This document shows positions 58,479-64,000 of a stretch of DNA of 64,000 nucleotides, piece by piece. Under the pieces are notes generated by a model, which saw only the letters and a program-made list of their open reading frames with translations, did not search any database and had not been told where the DNA came from. Position numbers and translations under genes: made by a program. Source of the DNA: Azolla caroliniana (Eukaryota; Plantae; Polypodiophyta); the NCBI GenBank assembly GCA_043228905.1, contig JBHGNT010000013.1, positions 21,080,001 to 21,144,000 of the forward strand, given 5' to 3'. Every line of letters starts with the position of its first letter. Within the stretch, counting starts at the first letter, position 1.

Positions 58479-60463
58479 ACGTACGTGACACACCCGAATA
58501 CCTTCAGATCCCGGTAGGACACTTCCTTACCGGTTCAGACTCTCTGTGGTGTGTCTCCATCCAAGGGTATTGAGGGTGATCTGTTCATCACATATGTCGC
58601 TGTCGACAATGCCTCAACCCAAAACTTCTTGGGTAGTTTTGCATGCGCCAGCATACTCTGGACCCTCTCCATTATGGTCTGGTTCATCCTCTCGGCCAAC
58701 CCGTTTAGTTCCGGCGTCTTCGGCACGGTAAATTCGAGCCGGATTCCCTTCAAGCGACAGTACTCCTCGAACTGCCCCCAGTATTCTCCTCCGTTATCTG
58801 CTCGAACTGCCTTCAGCTTCCGGTCGGTTTCTCTTTCCACTCTTGCGTGGAGTTCTTTGAAGACGGATAACACTTGATCCTTCGTCTTCAATGGTGTGGC
58901 CCACAGCTTCCGGATGTGGTCGTCTATGAATGTCACAAAGTACTGCGATCCGGCATGTGACTTCGTGTCCATTTGACACACATCAGTATGCACCAACTCC
59001 AGTGGTGCATTACGTCTCATCGGTGGCCTTAATCGGAAGGAGGTCCGGTTTTGTTTACCAGCTAGGCAGTCTATGCACCTCTCCAGATGCATGTCCTTCA
59101 CCGGAATGATGCAAGCCTCTTCATCCCCTTCTCACTCATGTGATACAGCCTCTTGTGCCACAGCTCACTGGCAGTGTCGGAAGCCACGTTCACTTCTTCC
59201 GGGCATAACCGGGCATTCATCAAGTACAGTGTGTTGACCTTCCGGTCCCGAGCCACAATCAGGCTCCCTTTGTTGAACTTCATAACACCGTTCCGGATGC
59301 TACCCGTGTAGCCTTCATCATCTAGCCGACCGGTTGATATCAGGTTCAGACGAACCTCCGGAACGTGTCGGACATCCTTCAGCAGCAGCTTGCATCCGGT
59401 TGGTGTTGTCAACCACACGTCTCCTATGCCGACAATTCAGCATGTACCTTCATTCCCCATCCGGACACAGTCGTGACCACCGGCTAAGTAGGATGAGAAG
59501 CATTTCCGGTCCGGGGTAAGGTGGAACGACGCTCCGGAGTCGACCACCCAAGTCATCTCGTCGCCGGCAAGGTTTAGCTCACTCTCCTCGGTGATGAGCA
59601 TCAACTCTTCTTCACTTGCCGCGATTGCCATCGTTCCCTTCCGGTCCGGCCGCCTCCGGTCTTTACCATTCCGGTCCAGAGTCTGCTTCGAATCGGTACC
59701 ATCGGTTTCCTTGTCTTTTCGGAAGTGCCGACAGTTCTTCTGGAAGTGTCCCGGCTTGCCGCAATAGAAGCAGGTAGGCCTCCCCCTTGACTTTGACCGT
59801 GTCCCCGACTTCTCCCAGTTCTAAGGACTACGGTCCTTTGTCTTCCGCGTTCCGATTCGGTAATGAGCGCTTTGGAGTCAGAGCTCGTATCCTTATATTT
59901 CCAGAGCGCCTCCTCATCTAGCAAGCTCGACTTCACTCTTGCCAGGGATAACCGTTTCCCTTCCGGCCAGGCATTGCCTAAAGTGACAACCAACGTCTCC
60001 CAGCTATTTGGGAGGGAACCGAGTAGGAGTAGTGCTAGTACCTCATTGGTGAGAGGTACTTCCAATGATATTGCCTGGTGGATCAGCCCCTAGAAGGCAT
60101 TCATGTGCTCCGCCATGGTGGAGCCATCTTGGTACCGGAGTCTTACTAGCTTCCGAAGTACCGAAACCTGATTCACAACATTTTTTTTTTGAAACATAAT
60201 GTCGATCTTCTCCCAGAGCTCATGAGCCTTGCTCTCTTCATTGAAGTTTTTGAATAGACTCATGTCGATGAAGCACCATATGTAAGCGGTTGTCTTCATG
60301 TGCATCACCTCCCATATCGTGGCGTCGATTTTGTCCGGTCTCTTGTCCCCGAACTGAACCGGAAACCAAAGATCTTTAACCACAAGCATGTCCCTCATCT
60401 TCGACTTCCACACCGAATAGTTGGAGCCTGTGAGCTTGAACATGCCTCCCAACGAATCGTCCA
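58479..60463 (-). pseudogene. Copia E gag-PR-IN, degenerate
   Basis: ORF fragments homologous to the H/I polyprotein. Confidence 0.88.
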
Positions 60464-60495
60464 TTTTTCTGTGTCGTTTCGCTCTGATACCAGTT

Positions 60496-60760
60496 TGATA
60501 GGAATACACGCTTCTTAAAACACAACGCTCGGCCACAACCGAGTCTAGGATCAAACACAGAAAACGGGTAAGGTATGCACAACACAGTGAAGAGAAGAGT
60601 ACACAGGATGTTAACGTGGAAAACCCAAACTAGGGAAAAACCACGGCAGCCCACAGACTGCAAACTATCACTATATCACAATGTACAATAATAAAGCACC
60701 GAGGCAACGACCTCGAGCTTGCTATCTTCGCCACAAACGGCGGTTACAAGAGAGGCAACG

Positions 60761-60829
<69 letters not shown>

Positions 60830-61148
60830 GCTCTGTACACAGTTACGCACTCAAATCTCGCACCAACGAGAATGACAACAACTACACTAAGCTTGCCCTA
60901 AGTCATATTTATACTAATATGAATTTTTGGCTATTTACAAATATAGCTCCAATGGACTCTCAGAAACATATTTACGAATATGTCCCTTCATCCAATGAGC
61001 ACTCCTCACCGGGCCTGCATCATCCGGCTCTTGCCGGGCACTCGTCATCCGGTTCTCACCGGGTCTTCCGTTACCGGGTACTCCACATCCGGATTCTTAT
61101 CAACACTGTTCTTATCACTTCCCATCCGGAGGGACCTGTTTCCTAACA
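60496..61148 (-). repeat. Copia E 5' LTR with a long (CT)n tract at about 60763-60828
   Basis: TGTTAGGAA...TTCCTATCA ends, adjacent to the PBS, similar to the H LTR. Confidence 0.85.
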
Positions 61149-62345
61149 AAAGGTAAAGTACAATGCCGACGGTTCAGTTAACCGGTATAAGGCCCGGTTA
61201 GTCGCGAAGGGATACGCATAGAGCCACGGAATCGACTACGACGAGACCTTCGCTCCGGTACCGAAGTTGACGACGGTTCGTGTGGTACTGTTGGTTGTTG
61301 TGGCAAGGGGGTGGCAACTTCAACAGATGGACGTGAAGAATGTGTTTCTTCAAGGTGACCTTGAAGAATAGGTCTATATGTTCCAACCTCCCGATTTTCA
61401 GTCGGAGATGAACAAGTCGGCAGTGTTTTGGCTTAAGAAGTCGCTTTACGGTCTTAAACAAGCCCCTCCAGCTTGGAACTTTATTGGGATCGAGTTAATC
61501 CGAACCCCTGATGGCATATTGCTCTCACAACGACACTATGTGTTCAATATGCTGGACAAGTTCGGCATGACGGAATGCCGACCTGTCTCCACACCCCTGG
61601 ACCTGAACCAGAAGCTCCGTCCTAACTCCAGATCGTCCTTCGATGAGAAACGGTTCTGACATATTGTCGAAAGCCCGATATACTTGACAATCACCCGACC
61701 GACATCAGTTATCCGGTCGGTGTGATCAACCAATTCAGGAAGAAGCCAACCGTGGAGCACCTTTTGTGCGCGCATCGAATATTGTGGTATGTGAGCGACA
61801 TGAAGGACAGATGCCGATTGAGGACTATTGTAATGGCATGGTATAACTGAAGAGCTAGTCCGATACACAGATGCCGATTGGGTTCGTGATGAATCGGATC
61901 GCCGATCCACCTCCGATTACATGTTTTCTCTAGGTAGCGCGGTTGTTGCATGGAGCAGCAAAAAGCAGCCAACAGTGGCTCTATCGAGCACTGAGGCTGA
62001 ATAGTGGGGCGCTACCAATGCCACCTGTGAAGCCACTTGGCTTTGGCAACTGCTGCAAGATCTCCAGATCGAGGTGCCGACCTCAATCTTAATGTACTGT
62101 GACAACATAAGTAACATACAGCTCGCCAAGAACCCCGTATTCCATGCTCGAACAAAGCACATAGAAGTACATTATCACTTCGTGCATGAGCGGGTCTTGA
62201 GCAGTGAAGTCGAAGTTCGGTATGTTCAGACGCATCAGCAAGTTGCAGACATCTTCGCCAAACTGCTCATATCAGACAAGTAGTAGCACTTCACCGAAAT
62301 GCTTGGTGTTCAGCATCTCGACATGCCGCACTTTAGGGGGAGAAC
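61149..62345 (+). pseudogene. Old Copia J RT-RNase H remnant with an internal deletion; host of E
   Basis: Motifs YKARLVAKG, QMDVKN, SLYGLKQAP and YCDN...HARTKHIEV with stops. Confidence 0.85.
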
Positions 62346-62490
62346 GGGCAAAGGCAAAGAAACTGGTGATGGCACCAGACAAGGAACCGGAAAGGGAAGA
62401 ACCAACAAAGGGGGAGACAAGAGGAAAAAGGAAGCCGAGTCGACGAAGGAAGTTGGCACATCCGAAGAAGTCGGAACGAGCGACAATGGT

Positions 62491-62906
62491 TGTAGAGCAA
62501 GAAGGACATAGGCGACCTTGCGCAATGATCTGGTTTTCTTCCTCGATGAGGCACCCAAGGTGCGTAAACCGTACTTTGCATCCTTTACACTTATGAGCAA
62601 CACAAGATGGGGGATAATTAACTCTATATTAAATTAGCATTATCATCTTCAAATACAAAAATACCTACAATGAGGTATATATAGATCTCATGTGCAAGGG
62701 TGCACATGTGTGAGGATAATATAGGTACAAAACTGTAAGTCCTATATTAAATGTACTTGGGAGTGGAGGATCTAAATATCCCACTTAGGTACAAGGTCCT
62801 AGTTAAGGCGTTATAGTCAACACTTCTAACTAGATTCTATCTAGGTAACTACAAAGCTACATGGTTGACTAACTAACTAAACTAAGTTGAGCTTGATTTC
62901 TCAACA
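62491..62906 (-). repeat. Probable LTR of another minus-strand element (K)
   Basis: Imperfect inverted ends TGTAGAG...CTCAACA, an internal TATATATA, and a PPT-like tract after the B2 LTR; only one copy in the window. Confidence 0.4.
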
Positions 62907-62909
62907 TGC

Positions 62910-63936
62910 TGTCGTGAAGATCCGTCACTAAGCGCGGATTGTGAGGCGGAACCACCGGGGTCCTGGACCAGAAGGATTCGAAGTTGGCACAAGGTTTAGC
63001 GAGATAGTATCTAACATAGATTGAGAGGGAGAGAAATCGAGATTAAACGCTTGACTTTAGATTGAGAGAGATTGAAATGGCGAGAGAGAGATATTGCGAT
63101 CAAGATTAAATGCTTGACATTAGATTTGAGAGACAAGATATATCATCAATTGGATGACAAATTTTCTTCTTATTAAATTCTTGAATAGTACATTAATACA
63201 TTACATCATACCCCTTTTCACTTTTATATCCTCTTTTATAGATGCCCTCATGCATATGATTCAGGTGATGCATGTTTGCCATTTGGCGCTCATGCGTTAC
63301 ATGTGATGCATGATAATCATGTCACTCATTTAAGGTCTCATGTATGAGAATTTACATGTAAAACTACAATAATAAAAATATAATTTTAAGAAAATGTCTT
63401 GGCTTAGTGGTAAGCCTATTGACTCTCAACTTGGAGGTCATCGGTCTAATCATCTATCTATCTGGTCATCAGTCACCGTTGCCAAATGCCGTCGGATGCT
63501 GCCGGATGTTGGTTGTGGGCTCCATCGCCGGTCCAGTTTTGGTTGGCCAAAACCTATACAAGTAGTTAGGCCACACCCGCTCATCCAATTAGCTTAATTC
63601 AAGTCACCTTGAACTCTCTATACTCCACACATCAACACAAAGATAATAGCTTTTGCTCAGCCTTATATACGGTGAGATCCTTATTTGTGGGACATCTCAT
63701 AGTTTTATCTTTCTCTTTTCCATTACAAACTTCTTACCCACATAACTTGAGACTTAGATGTTTGTTTCTTATGTAGTAAAGTGCATTTGAAAGCTCTTGA
63801 AGACCTCCATCGTTTTGTTCTAAAATATTAAAATTATTTAAAATTAGTATCTTCACTATTATTTTTTTATGCGATTCACACTCGATTTCGTATGTTTTAT
63901 GCGATTTTCACACCATTGCCGAAAATCTTCACGACA
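62910..63936 (-). repeat. Diverged family-B LTR (B2), either a solo LTR or a 3' LTR
   Basis: TGTCGTGAAGAT...ATCTTCACGACA ends; colinear with 8190-9158; flanks ATGC and TCGC do not match exactly. Confidence 0.88.
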
Positions 63937-64000
63937 TCGCCTCCTCAAGCTCCGTGCGGCTTCCGTTAAACCTTCAACTTTCTTCGCCGTGGCAATCTTG

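Larger units (their letters stand above)
22798..61148 (-). mobile_element. Ty1/Copia element E, degenerate; pieces 22798-23246 and 58479-61148 are split by A2
   Basis: The integrase sequence rejoins across A2 when one ACGT is removed; iMet PBS at 60481-60492; LTR at 60496-61148. Confidence 0.85.

Noticed and set aside
60763-60828. (CT)n/(GA)n microsatellites (also 22232-22260, 34776-34800 and 36275-36295)
   Set aside because: Ordinary LTR-internal simple repeats

Overview
The whole 64 kb is a nest of retrotransposons from a plant genome; no host gene was found. A bryophyte or other non-seed plant is likely, but that is an inference from the element types. Reconstructed nesting: old Copia J (from 61149) contains Copia E (22798-61148, minus). 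E contains Gypsy C (to 22797) and Gypsy A2 (23247-58478). C hosts chromovirus D (12422-19527) and Gypsy B (to 9158), and B hosts Gypsy A1. A2 hosts a full-length L1/Tx1-type LINE (51794-58156) and Gypsy F (from 27794). F hosts a Copia solo LTR and Copia H (34504-45625), and H hosts the near-identical inverted Copia I (35840-41414). The most interesting signal is a set of cis-acting modules in the non-chromovirus Gypsy group A/B/C/F. (1) The A and B LTRs carry a tRNA-like A-box/B-box module in U3, antisense to the element. (2) A G_GAU_UUU slippery site plus an H-type pseudoknot predicts a -1 frameshift between gag-protease and RT-RH-IN. (3) A covarying hairpin sits just upstream of the PPT. (4) Priming uses tRNA-Trp, and the two readable TSDs are 4 bp. 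All coordinates were read by eye and may be off by a few bases.
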